The notes under the pieces were generated by a model. That model was not told where the DNA came from. It made no database searches and worked only from the letters and a program-made list of their open reading frames with translations. A DNA stretch of 32,000 bases. Source: Candidatus Methylomirabilis limnetica. Its GTDB lineage: Bacteria > Methylomirabilota > Methylomirabilia > Methylomirabilales > Methylomirabilaceae. Position numbers and translations under genes: made by a program. Below are positions 16,108 through 24,065 of this stretch, piece by piece. Each line of letters begins with the position of its first letter. Positions within the stretch are counted from its first letter, which is position 1. The stretch covers positions 120,001 to 152,000 of the forward strand of contig NZ_NVQC01000015.1 in NCBI RefSeq assembly GCF_003044035.1, given 5' to 3'.

Positions 16108-17217
16108 TCAATCGCCTTCCGTCGCCCCTACCATCGCGGCCTCCGGCCTATAGGCACACAGCGGATCACTTCCCATGGGATCGCCGGTCTCGGCAAATGC
16201 ACGGGCTCGCGACCCGCCACAGACCCAGCGAAACTCGCAGATGCCACACTTGCCGGAATATTGATCCGCGTCGCGGAGTTTAGTAAATATCTCCGAGTGA
16301 CGGTATAACGCCACAGGGCTTTCCCGACGCACGTTCCCGGCAATCGCTGGCAGGAACCCGGATGGATAGACATCCCCGGTGTGCGAGATAAACATGATAC
16401 CGTTCCCGTCGCGAATCCCGAACCCGCGCCCAATGGGCGTCTGCCGAATCGCGGCGTCATCCAGGCCTTCCAGCCGCATTCGCATATAGGCAACGCGACG
16501 AAAGTGCGGGGCCTCCGTCGCCTTGATCGCGAATGGGGCAGTCTTGACAATATCGTAGATCCAGTTATGAAGCGCCTCGGCCTCGCTGGGTCTGATCTCG
16601 CGCAGCGCCCGACCGCGCCCCGTGGCGATCAGATAAAAGAGACTCCACCGCATAATCCCCAGGTCCCGAAGCAACCGGAACACATCAGGCAGCTCCGTCA
16701 TGGTTTCGGGGGTGACCAGGGTGTTGATCTGAAGTGGGATGGCCGCTGCCCGGACAGCATGGATGGCACGCATGGTGGTATCGAAGCAACCCGCGACTCC
16801 GCGGAACCGATCGTGGCTCTCGGCCGTCGAGCCGTCGATACTGAGCGACATACTCACGACCCCGTTAGCCGCCAGAGCCGAGATCGCGTCTGACGTGAGC
16901 AGTGGGGTACCGCTCGGAGCCACGGATATCGGCAACCCAACGCTTCTGCCGTGCCGTATCAGCTCAAAGAAATCCGGACGCTTCAGTGGGTCGCCTCCGG
17001 TCAGGACCAGTTGCGGGGGCGGGTCCCCGAACGCCCGCAGCTCCGCGAGTAGCGCCTTCGCCTCTTCCGTGCTGAGCTCCAAGGGGTCGCGCTCCGCGAT
17101 GGCTTCAGCTCGACAATGCTTGCATGCCAGGTCGCATGCCCGCGTAAGCTCCCAATAGATCAGCTTTGGAGCCTCGGCAAAGACCAAGTGATCAAATGCA
17201 GTAATAACAGGATACAT
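16108..17217 (-). CDS. radical SAM enzyme, NirJ/AhbD-like with C-terminal SPASM/twitch-type Cys cluster
   Basis: CDLACKHC (CxxxCxxC) near the N-terminus. C-terminal GKCGICEFRWVCGGSRARAF resembles the NirJ/AhbD CxxCx5CxxC-RARA motif, with the fourth Cys replaced by Ser. Start set at Met-38 (17217) behind GAGGGAGGG. Confidence 0.85.
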   Translation of the reverse strand: MYPVITAFDHLVFAEAPKLIYWELTRACDLACKHCRAEAIAERDPLELSTEEAKALLAELRAFGDPPPQLVLTGGDPLKRPDFFELIRHGRSVGLPISVAPSGTPLLTSDAISALAANGVVSMSLSIDGSTAESHDRFRGVAGCFDTTMRAIHAVRAAAIPLQINTLVTPETMTELPDVFRLLRDLGIMRWSLFYLIATGRGRALREIRPSEAEALHNWIYDIVKTAPFAIKATEAPHFRRVAYMRMRLEGLDDAAIRQTPIGRGFGIRDGNGIMFISHTGDVYPSGFLPAIAGNVRRESPVALYRHSEIFTKLRDADQYSGKCGICEFRWVCGGSRARAFAETGDPMGSDPLCAYRPEAAMVGATEGD

Positions 17218-17363
17218 AACCCTCCCTCGGCAAATTGATGCCTGACCCCTTTCTCGCAGTGAACCAGACCCCGCCGTATCATCAGAATAAATCATAGCAG
17301 GGCAGCATCGCTTCACTAAGCATAGCATGTCAACGCGCTAGCTGCTACTGGATCATACCTGTT

Positions 17364-17399
17364 ACAAGACACCATAACGGTACGTACCAGCAGTCTTGT
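17364..17399. promoter_or_regulatory. nested palindrome (operator- or hairpin-like) between the oxidoreductase beta gene and the radical SAM gene
   Basis: ACAAGAC (17364-17370) and GTCTTGT (17393-17399) flank the perfect 10-bp palindrome GGTACGTACC (17379-17388). Confidence 0.3.
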
Positions 17400-17434
17400 C
17401 GATGCGTCCCTGGGCTTACACCCGACAACCTCGT

Positions 17435-19120
17435 CTATCGCACCCCGGCCAACTCTTGCAGGCGCCGCCAGTTGGCAAGCCGCTCGGCTTGGGCGTAGCG
17501 CAGGGTTTCAGACGGATGGCCCTCCGCATCGAACTGTTTCGCGAACCGGCCCTCTGTCCTGGCGAAAGCAAGAAAGTCGATGACCTCTCCTGTATGGGGA
17601 ACCTTGTACCAGTCTTCGCCCACCGACGGGTTACCCGCCAGGCTGAGTCGCTCTTTAATCCTCTCCCCCTTTCGTGGATCGTACATAAAGAGGGGGAAGG
17701 CCCGAGAATCTACCGCCAGCTTCGCCTGATGCGAGGACCGGTCGTCCGCCACGCCGTGCTCGGGCTGGCAGGTGGTGTAGACACTGACTACGGCCGGACC
17801 GCGGTACTCATTGGCCGCCATGATGGCCCGGTAAAAATGATTGATATGGGCCGCTGTGGTCTGCGCGACAAAGACATCCGGGTGCATCATGGCGATGAGC
17901 GCCAGCTCTTTCCGCCGCTCCTGCTTGCCGCGCACCGCCTTGCCAAAGCTGGCCATCTTTGCATCCTGCCCTATATAGGTCGCTGAGGAGGCCTGTCCAC
18001 CAGTGTTGGAATAGACTTGCGTATCCAGGATCAGCACGTTGATGTCCATTCCAGAGGTCAGCATCCGCGACAGCGACTGGAAGCCGATATCGTACATCGC
18101 CCCGTCCCCCCCGATGACCCAGAGCTTCTTCTCCTGCCATCCGCGCTGATCCCACTTGGCGCGAACTCCCATCGCCACGGCCGGCGCATTCTCAAACAGG
18201 GAGTTGGTCCAGGGAACCAGATACGGGTTGTACGGATAGGTCGAGCCGTAGACCGTGTTGCACCCTGTCGCCGCCACGATCCCGACCGCCTCCGCGCCGT
18301 GGACGAATCCGGTCGCGGCCAGCATCATCCGGATGGCCGTCGCCTCACCACACCCCATGCACGAGCCGGCGCCGCCGACATAGAGGAGCGCCGCCTCCTC
18401 GTAGAGCATCATGTCCGCCAGCGCCCGCTCGTTGATATACTTGCGCGGGGTCGGGCCGACATGTCGAAAGAAGTTAAAATAGCTTCGATAACGGGGGAGC
18501 GTCTTCTCGTCCTTCTTCACCATCGTGAGGGCATGATAACCGAGGGCATCGCAGACCTCGACACACTCGGCGCACCCCTTGCACTTGGTCGGATCGACGA
18601 AGATGCCAAAGAGGGCTCCCTCTTCCCCCTTCTTCTGGTAGACCTCACCATACTTTTTTGTCTCGGCCCACTGGGCCCGGATCCCCTCGCGCTCCTGATC
18701 GTCTGTGATAGCATTCAGCTTGGCCTCCAGGTGCGACCTCGGTATCGCCTTGCCCAGGATGGCGGTGTCGGGACACTCCGTTACACAGGCCATGCAGCCG
18801 ACACACTTCTCCCGATCGAACTGAGGGATCTCCATCGCAATGTAGCTGAAGTCGCGCAGGGCGGCGGTCCCGGGCGGGATCAAGCTGCGGGCTACCCCGA
18901 CATCGGCCGGCAGACTCTGCTCAGCCGTCCCGGCCGCATATGCCCCGATGATCCGCTCGTTGAAGTCGCCCACATACTGCTCAATGTCGAGATCCAGGAG
19001 CCCGGTTGGCGGTAAGGAGCTTTCATGGATCTCTTCCCCAGACCCGCGAGCCTTGGTCCCGTGGACCTGTTCGACGTGCTCCTCATCCAGAGGGTTGTTT
19101 TCCGGCTCTTGATCTGTCAT
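17435..19120 (-). CDS. pyruvate/2-oxoacid:ferredoxin oxidoreductase, fused delta (2x[4Fe-4S]) + beta (TPP-binding) subunit
   Basis: CVGCMACVTECP and CKGCAECVEVCD ferredoxin motifs. TPP motif GGDGAMYDIGFQSL...NVLILDTQVYSNTGGQ. Confidence 0.9.
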   Translation of the reverse strand: MTDQEPENNPLDEEHVEQVHGTKARGSGEEIHESSLPPTGLLDLDIEQYVGDFNERIIGAYAAGTAEQSLPADVGVARSLIPPGTAALRDFSYIAMEIPQFDREKCVGCMACVTECPDTAILGKAIPRSHLEAKLNAITDDQEREGIRAQWAETKKYGEVYQKKGEEGALFGIFVDPTKCKGCAECVEVCDALGYHALTMVKKDEKTLPRYRSYFNFFRHVGPTPRKYINERALADMMLYEEAALLYVGGAGSCMGCGEATAIRMMLAATGFVHGAEAVGIVAATGCNTVYGSTYPYNPYLVPWTNSLFENAPAVAMGVRAKWDQRGWQEKKLWVIGGDGAMYDIGFQSLSRMLTSGMDINVLILDTQVYSNTGGQASSATYIGQDAKMASFGKAVRGKQERRKELALIAMMHPDVFVAQTTAAHINHFYRAIMAANEYRGPAVVSVYTTCQPEHGVADDRSSHQAKLAVDSRAFPLFMYDPRKGERIKERLSLAGNPSVGEDWYKVPHTGEVIDFLAFARTEGRFAKQFDAEGHPSETLRYAQAERLANWRRLQELAGVR

Positions 19121-19140
19121 AGCCGAACCTTTCCTTCGTA

Positions 19141-19221
19141 GTAGGTCGGGTTAGGCCGTTAAGGCCGTAACCCGACGGCTCACAGGAGGATGTCGGGTTA
19201 CGCTTCGCTAACCCGACCTAC
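19141..19221. repeat. pair of REP-like palindromes between the two oxidoreductase genes
   Basis: GTCGGGTTAGGCC-GTTA-AGGCCGTAACCCGAC (19145-19176) and GTCGGGTTACGC-TTC-GCTAACCCGAC (19192-19217). The outer 12-mer GTAGGTCGGGTT/AACCCGACCTAC allows alternative pairing. Confidence 0.75.
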
Positions 19222-19248
19222 ACAGACGAACTACTCAGAACGAGAACC

Positions 19249-21207
19249 CTATGCGATCAGCTCCGCCTCTGCCATCATCTCCATTGGCAGATAGAAGACC
19301 TCGGCATAGCCTCGCCTCACTGCTACCAGGTTATCCCGAACCACCTGCTCGCCTCGCTTGCCAAAGTACTTGCGCAGCGATCGCTCTACCGCCGAGAAGA
19401 CCTGCTCCTCGGTCAGACGCTGCTCGCGGAGAAACGGCGTGCAGCGGAGGAAAATCCCCAGCAGGACAATCCCCTGCATTCGTTGCTCCAGGTCAGGAGA
19501 GCTGGCGACCTCGCGCGCGATCTTCACGGTGTCCAGGGCAAGAACCCGGATGCGCCGCTCCCGGATGATCCTCTTCGCATAGTCAGGGATCCGCGCCCAG
19601 ACCTCCTCCGGCGTCGTCTTGTCGGTCTGGATGAAGACCATGCCCCCTGTCGCTAAGCCGGCCAGCGGGTTACCTAGATTGAAGGCATTGATGTCATTGA
19701 GCGGTACGAAATCGACCTGTCTGAGCTCGCAATGGGTACGGATCCGCTCTTTGGCCACGGTCAGATAGTAGGATGTGGGCAGCCCCTTTTTCTCGGATCC
19801 ATACTTTGGGTAGGCCTGGACCTTCAAGCCGAAGAGATCGCCGACGATCGTGGCGATCACCTTGTTGGTCGTCACCGATCCGAATCCACCGACCGAATGG
19901 CCGCGCATCGAGAAGGTGCCGGCCGGCTGGACGTCCGGATCTTCGGAAGGGAGGAGCGCCAAGTCGTGCTTGATCCCCAGAACGAAGTAGCGAGATCCAC
20001 CATCGTCGCGCCGCATATTCTCAATAGCAGCCACGAGATCGCCGGGGCGGATGTCCCTGCTCCCAAGACCGGCAGACCCCGAATAGATGACCGGGATGCG
20101 TTCGATTGCCGGGTACCCTGGCGCGCCCGTCAGCGCATCGGCGAACGCCGCCTTGATCTCGGCGGTGAGAGGGTTCGATTGCGCGGCGGGGTTGTCCATC
20201 CGCTCAATCACTGCCATCGCCTTCAGGTGTTTCGTCGCCTCGACGATCTGCGGTCCTGGAAATGGGCGAAAGCAGGTCACGTGGAGGGCGCCAGCCCGAA
20301 CTGCGTGACGATCCCGGAGATAATCGACGGTGGCCATGGCAGTCTCGACCATCCCCCCCATCCCCACGATGGCGTAGTCGGCATCCTCCAGCCGGTACGC
20401 CTCCACCAGGCCATACCGGCGGCCTGTCAGGGAGTAATATTGCTCCATCACCCGCTCGACAATCTCCGGAAGACGATCGTAGAAGAACCGCTGGGCAATC
20501 TTTCCCTTCATGTAGCTGTCCTGATTCTGCACGACCCCGATCATGATCGGCTTCGACGGGTTCATGAGGTTGCGCAGGCGCGTGCCGGCAGACGGGTCTC
20601 CGATGAACTCCTTCATCAGCTCCGGTTCCGGAAGCAGGAGATTCTCAATCGTGTGCGTGGTGAGAAAGCCGTCCTGCACAGTCATGAAAGGGGTCTCCCC
20701 CTCCTCGGCGACGCGGCGGGCGATCAGCGCCAGATCGGCCACGTCTTGAGCGTTCTTTGCGAAGAGGATGCCCCAGCCCACATCCGCCACGGCCATTACG
20801 TCATCGTGACCCGCGTGGACGTTCAGAGCCTGAGAGGTCAGCGCGCGGGCGCCGATGTGGAAGACCGCCGGGAGCCGCTTTCCGGAAATGGTGTAGAGAA
20901 CCTCCTTCATCAGGACTAGCCCCTGACCGGAGGTAAAGTTCGAGACTCGCCCACCGGCCAGGGCAAAACCCTCGCATGAGGAAGCAGAGCTATGCTCTGA
21001 CTCGGGCTCGAGGAAGAAGAGTGGCTCGCCCCAGAGGTTGCGTGTGCCATTCGCGACCTCCGCCTGGTACCCGCTCCCCATGTTGGTGGATGGGGTGATC
21101 GGATAGGCGCAGGCACCCTGCGTAATATGCGAGTCTACCCAGACCACTGCCGCCGAGCCGTCTCCTGTGGCCGGAATGCCTGGAAAAGGAAACCGCTCGC
21201 CGGTCAT
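19249..21207 (-). CDS. pyruvate/2-oxoacid:ferredoxin oxidoreductase, fused alpha + gamma subunit
   Basis: N-terminal AYPITPST motif. C-terminal gamma-like segment GGFGSVTTNKVIATIVG...KYGSEKKGLPT. ATG overlaps the upstream CBS gene stop (ATGA). Confidence 0.9.
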   Translation of the reverse strand: MTGERFPFPGIPATGDGSAAVVWVDSHITQGACAYPITPSTNMGSGYQAEVANGTRNLWGEPLFFLEPESEHSSASSCEGFALAGGRVSNFTSGQGLVLMKEVLYTISGKRLPAVFHIGARALTSQALNVHAGHDDVMAVADVGWGILFAKNAQDVADLALIARRVAEEGETPFMTVQDGFLTTHTIENLLLPEPELMKEFIGDPSAGTRLRNLMNPSKPIMIGVVQNQDSYMKGKIAQRFFYDRLPEIVERVMEQYYSLTGRRYGLVEAYRLEDADYAIVGMGGMVETAMATVDYLRDRHAVRAGALHVTCFRPFPGPQIVEATKHLKAMAVIERMDNPAAQSNPLTAEIKAAFADALTGAPGYPAIERIPVIYSGSAGLGSRDIRPGDLVAAIENMRRDDGGSRYFVLGIKHDLALLPSEDPDVQPAGTFSMRGHSVGGFGSVTTNKVIATIVGDLFGLKVQAYPKYGSEKKGLPTSYYLTVAKERIRTHCELRQVDFVPLNDINAFNLGNPLAGLATGGMVFIQTDKTTPEEVWARIPDYAKRIIRERRIRVLALDTVKIAREVASSPDLEQRMQGIVLLGIFLRCTPFLREQRLTEEQVFSAVERSLRKYFGKRGEQVVRDNLVAVRRGYAEVFYLPMEMMAEAELIA

Positions 21208-21620
21208 GACGTCCCCTCTCCCCGAACCAGTATATCGAGGAGATCGATCTCGGTCACGATCCCAACCAGTGCATTGCCATCCACCACCGGCAGGCAGCCG
21301 ATCTTTTCCCGGACCATTACCTTCGCTGCCTCCCGCACAGTGGTTGAAGGGGAGGCCTCGATCAGCTTCCGCGACATGACCTCCACTACCTTCAACTCGT
21401 CCATGAACTCCTCGCGCTCACTGGTCGTCAAGGGCGACTTGGAGGAGGGAGCAGCCTTTCGAAGATCGCGATCGGTGACGATCCCAACCAGACGCTTGCC
21501 GTCCATCACAAACAGATGGCGGATGTTATGCCGATCAAGGATTCGCTGGGCCTGGCGCAGAGAGGCGTGCGTGTCCACGGTGACCAGCGTCCGATTCATG
21601 ATCTCTGAAAGCTGCGTCAT
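21204..21620 (-). CDS. CBS-pair domain protein
   Basis: 138 aa with two CBS motifs (RHLFVMDGKRLVGIVTDRDL; GCLPVVDGNALVGIVTEIDL). GAGGAG SD. Confidence 0.85.
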   Translation of the reverse strand: MTQLSEIMNRTLVTVDTHASLRQAQRILDRHNIRHLFVMDGKRLVGIVTDRDLRKAAPSSKSPLTTSEREEFMDELKVVEVMSRKLIEASPSTTVREAAKVMVREKIGCLPVVDGNALVGIVTEIDLLDILVRGEGTS

Positions 21621-21653
21621 CTGTTTCTCCTCATAACTACTTAGGTGTTTAGA

Positions 21654-21786
21654 CTGAAGGCTGAAGGCTGAAGGCTATAAATGATCTCGCAAGGCACGAA
21701 TCAAGCCATTCAAGACCTTCTCGGTTTCTACGACTTTGTTGTGTGGTCACGCATGACTTACCCCTAAAAGCCTTCAGCCTTCAGCC
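21654..21786. repeat. inverted CTGAAGG-heptamer arrays flanking a gene relic
   Basis: (CTGAAGG)x3+CT at 21654-21676. Reverse complement AGCCTTCAGCCTTCAGCC at 21769-21786. Confidence 0.7.
21678..21746 (-). pseudogene. 3'-terminal relic of a four-helix-bundle (23S rRNA IVS-type, TIGR02436-like) gene
   Basis: Minus-strand translation between two in-frame stops: PHNKVVETEKVLNGLIRALRDHL*. The ...E.(G)K.LNGLI..L... C-terminus is what I remember for that family. Only 23 codons remain. Confidence 0.45.
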
Positions 21787-21811
21787 TATCTACCTGAATA
21801 GTCTCTGCTCC

Positions 21812-22918
21812 TCACCATAAGGCCATCCCAAGTGGGCGCTTGCCGACAGGCACTCGCCCTACCGTTTCCTGGGACAGCAGGTTGATCACGGAGATATCGT
21901 CCGATCCGTTGTTAGCCACAAAGGCGTACCGCCCGTCGCCCGAGATGACGATGTTGTGGGGATGGGTCCCTACAGGGATCGTCCCTACCACGGTGCTGGT
22001 TCGCGTTGAGATGACCGTCACGTCGCCCCCTCCCGTATTGGTCACATAGATGTAGTGACCGGATGGGGTGATATCGGCGTCGCTTGGTTCCTTCCCCACG
22101 GGGATTGTCGCCACCACCTGATGGTTCGCCATCTGGATAACGCTGAGGTTGTCCGAGCCTCTATTGATCACGTACGCAAAGGCCCCACCGGGGCCGAACA
22201 CCACGTGATGCGGGTCGTCACCGACGGGGATTCTGCGCAACGGCTTCTGAGTTGCGGTCTCAATGAGGGTAACGGTGTCTGAATCGGCGCTGGAGACCAG
22301 CAGGAATTTGCCATCAGGAGAGATCTCGACGGCATATGGCCTCACGCCGACCGGTAGCTCCGCCGCAACGACATTCAGTGAAAGGTTCAGCGCGGCAACG
22401 GTACTGGATCGCTCGCTTGGAACATAGGCGCGGCTACCATCCGAGGAGATGCCGATCGTGGTCGGCGCTTCTCCAACCGGGATCATCGCAACCTTCTTTC
22501 CGGTGGCAGTCTCAATCACCGTGACGCGACTGTACAGACTATTGGTAACGTAGGCATAGGTCGCGCCGGATCCAAACACAGTCTGGCCCCCTGGGCCGGT
22601 AGCATTGGGCACTATAGTGGCGGCGTGCGTGGGCAAGGCCAGAATCCAGACCTCAGCCGAACGGCTACACGCGACAAAGGCATAACGCCGATCCGGGCTG
22701 ATTGCGACATGCTGCGGGCCAGAGCCCACAGCAATGGTGCTGGTCACCTTCATTGACCCGACATCCATAACCGAGACCGTATCCGAGCCCTCATTTGCGA
22801 CATAGAGCGTCTGCGTACCGCGCACACCTACCCCGTGCGCGAGCGCATCCGAACGAATGATCAGCAGCGTTGCCATCGCCAAGATGCCGATGTTCACGGC
22901 ACGCCGGACTGCCGTCAT
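21812..22918 (-). CDS. secreted YVTN-repeat beta-propeller protein
   Basis: Signal-peptide-like N-terminus MTAVRRAVNIGILAMATLLIIRSDALAHG. At least 7 repeats of ~40 aa of the form Y(V/A)(T/A)N.GS(D/N).(V/I)SVI(D/N). Confidence 0.85.
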   Translation of the reverse strand: MTAVRRAVNIGILAMATLLIIRSDALAHGVGVRGTQTLYVANEGSDTVSVMDVGSMKVTSTIAVGSGPQHVAISPDRRYAFVACSRSAEVWILALPTHAATIVPNATGPGGQTVFGSGATYAYVTNSLYSRVTVIETATGKKVAMIPVGEAPTTIGISSDGSRAYVPSERSSTVAALNLSLNVVAAELPVGVRPYAVEISPDGKFLLVSSADSDTVTLIETATQKPLRRIPVGDDPHHVVFGPGGAFAYVINRGSDNLSVIQMANHQVVATIPVGKEPSDADITPSGHYIYVTNTGGGDVTVISTRTSTVVGTIPVGTHPHNIVISGDGRYAFVANNGSDDISVINLLSQETVGRVPVGKRPLGMALW

Positions 22919-22919
22919 G

Positions 22920-23381
22920 TCACCCCTCCCCTCTCGTCACCAGCCTCACTTCTTGAGTCCCCTGCTCCATCTCTTCGACTGGGCTCAGGCCAGGTCCTGC
23001 GGCCCGTTGCTTGTTGGAGGTCAGGGCGATCTGGACAATCTGATCGAGCTCATCACAATCAAAAGGCTTGAGCAGATAATAGAAGACACCATGTTGAAGA
23101 ACCTGGCGACCCGCTTCGAGCGACCGGTCACCCGACAAGACAATCAGGGGCAAGCGAGGCCGAATCTTTCGGAGAATCTCAACGGTCTTCACGCCAGCAG
23201 GCTCATCTATCGAGAGATCGATAATCACCAGCCCGACGTTCTGCTCGACAACGGCCAGTAACGCATCACAGCATCTCTCGACAGCAACGGCCTGATACCC
23301 CTTCGCCGATGCGCGGCTGAGGATCTGCTGCCGAATCGATAACTCTGACGTGACGATCAAAACCTTCCGCTGACCACTCAT
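22920..23381 (-). CDS. stand-alone response-regulator receiver domain protein
   Basis: Asp at the acceptor position in VIIDLSI, Ser in IVLSGD, Lys in LLKPF. The N-terminal acidic pair reads S-E. About 35-aa tail and no output domain. Stop is 1 nt before the propeller ATG. Confidence 0.8.
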   Translation of the reverse strand: MSGQRKVLIVTSELSIRQQILSRASAKGYQAVAVERCCDALLAVVEQNVGLVIIDLSIDEPAGVKTVEILRKIRPRLPLIVLSGDRSLEAGRQVLQHGVFYYLLKPFDCDELDQIVQIALTSNKQRAAGPGLSPVEEMEQGTQEVRLVTRGEG

Positions 23382-23436
23382 AATGCCGGCCCTTCTCCCT
23401 GATAGCCATCAGCTAACAGCCGTCAGCTTATGTGGG

Positions 23437-23452
23437 AGCAATTCCGGTGCCA
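23437..23452 (-). promoter_or_regulatory. sigma-54 (-24/-12) promoter
   Basis: The minus strand reads TGGCAC-CGGAA-TTGCT, with GG and GC at the consensus spacing. The -12 GC is 57 nt upstream of the regulator ATG. Confidence 0.65.
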
Positions 23453-23554
23453 ACGACCCCACGATCCCTGCCGTTCCAGCGCCTCGCCTAACTCATTGAA
23501 ACGATGAGATCTCTTTCCCGAAAGTCGCTGACGTCTGAAGGCATGCCCTGGCAC

Positions 23555-23571
23555 CCCAGCGCTAGGCTGGG
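23555..23571. promoter_or_regulatory. palindrome, candidate enhancer (UAS) for the sigma-54 promoter
   Basis: CCCAGC-GCTAG-GCTGGG, centred ~112 bp upstream of the -24 element. A third half-site CCCCAGC lies at 23580-23586. Confidence 0.3.
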
Positions 23572-23747
23572 ACGAACTACCCCAGCCCGAAGTCAGAGAA
23601 GCGGGGTAACCACTTGAAAACTAAAGGACAGGGATGTGGGACACGCATGCCCCAATAAGAAGCTGGATGTCCCAGCAGCGGTAATCTGTTCAGCCGCTGA
23701 TAGGACGCGATCATTGGGCCATCCATTCTCAATTCACAACTTCGGGC

Positions 23748-23776
23748 TTGCCCACAGCCGAATTCTAAGTCATAAT
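23748..23776 (+). promoter_or_regulatory. sigma-70-type promoter candidate for vapBC
   Basis: TTGCCC (23748-23753), 17 nt, CATAAT (23771-23776), 38 nt before the vapB ATG. Confidence 0.55.
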
Positions 23777-23813
23777 AAAGACGGGTAGAAAATAATCTGC
23801 TAAGGAGGATACG

Positions 23814-24065
23814 ATGACCCTAAACATCAAGGACCCCGCGACCCACACCCTCGCGCAAATCCTGGCCAAGGAAACAGGCGAGACGATGACCCATGCGGTA
23901 ACGGAAGCGATCCGCGAACGCCTGGAACGTATCCGCCGACAGCGCAAACCCGACGCCACCGTCGCCGACCTCCTCGCCATTGGCCGCCGCTGCGCCAGCA
24001 CGCTCAAAGGCAGACCCGTGGACCATGGCGCCCTACTATATGATGAGCGCGGGGTGCCGCGATGA
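23814..24065 (+). CDS. vapB: VapB-family antitoxin (Rv0623/PSK-like)
   Basis: MTLNIKDPATHTLAQILAKETGETMTHAVTEAIRERLERIRRQ is the family pattern. AAGGAGG SD. Stop overlaps the vapC ATG (ATGA). Confidence 0.85.
   Translation: MTLNIKDPATHTLAQILAKETGETMTHAVTEAIRERLERIRRQRKPDATVADLLAIGRRCASTLKGRPVDHGALLYDERGVPR

Noticed and set aside
17218-17328. 37-codon N-terminal extension of the radical SAM ORF (MLCLVKRCCPAM...)
   Set aside because: There is no SD. The strong GAGGGAGGG precedes Met-38, and the CxxxCxxC motif is at the normal distance from that start.
18017-20919. 332-aa and 395-aa plus-strand ORFs (18017-19015, 19732-20919)
   Set aside because: They are antisense shadows of the two oxidoreductase subunit genes.
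21694-21708. Second sigma-54-like match (minus strand TGGCTT-GATTC-GTGC)
   Set aside because: GG and GC are correctly spaced, but the -12 box lacks TTGC. The match also lies inside the four-helix-bundle relic coding sequence (LNGLIRAL), so it is probably coincidental.
21654-21786. CRISPR array (considered here and for the other short repeats)
   Set aside because: There is no series of identical 25-40-nt direct repeats separated by unique spacers of similar length. The repeats are palindromic units in mixed orientation or heptamer runs. No cas genes are present.
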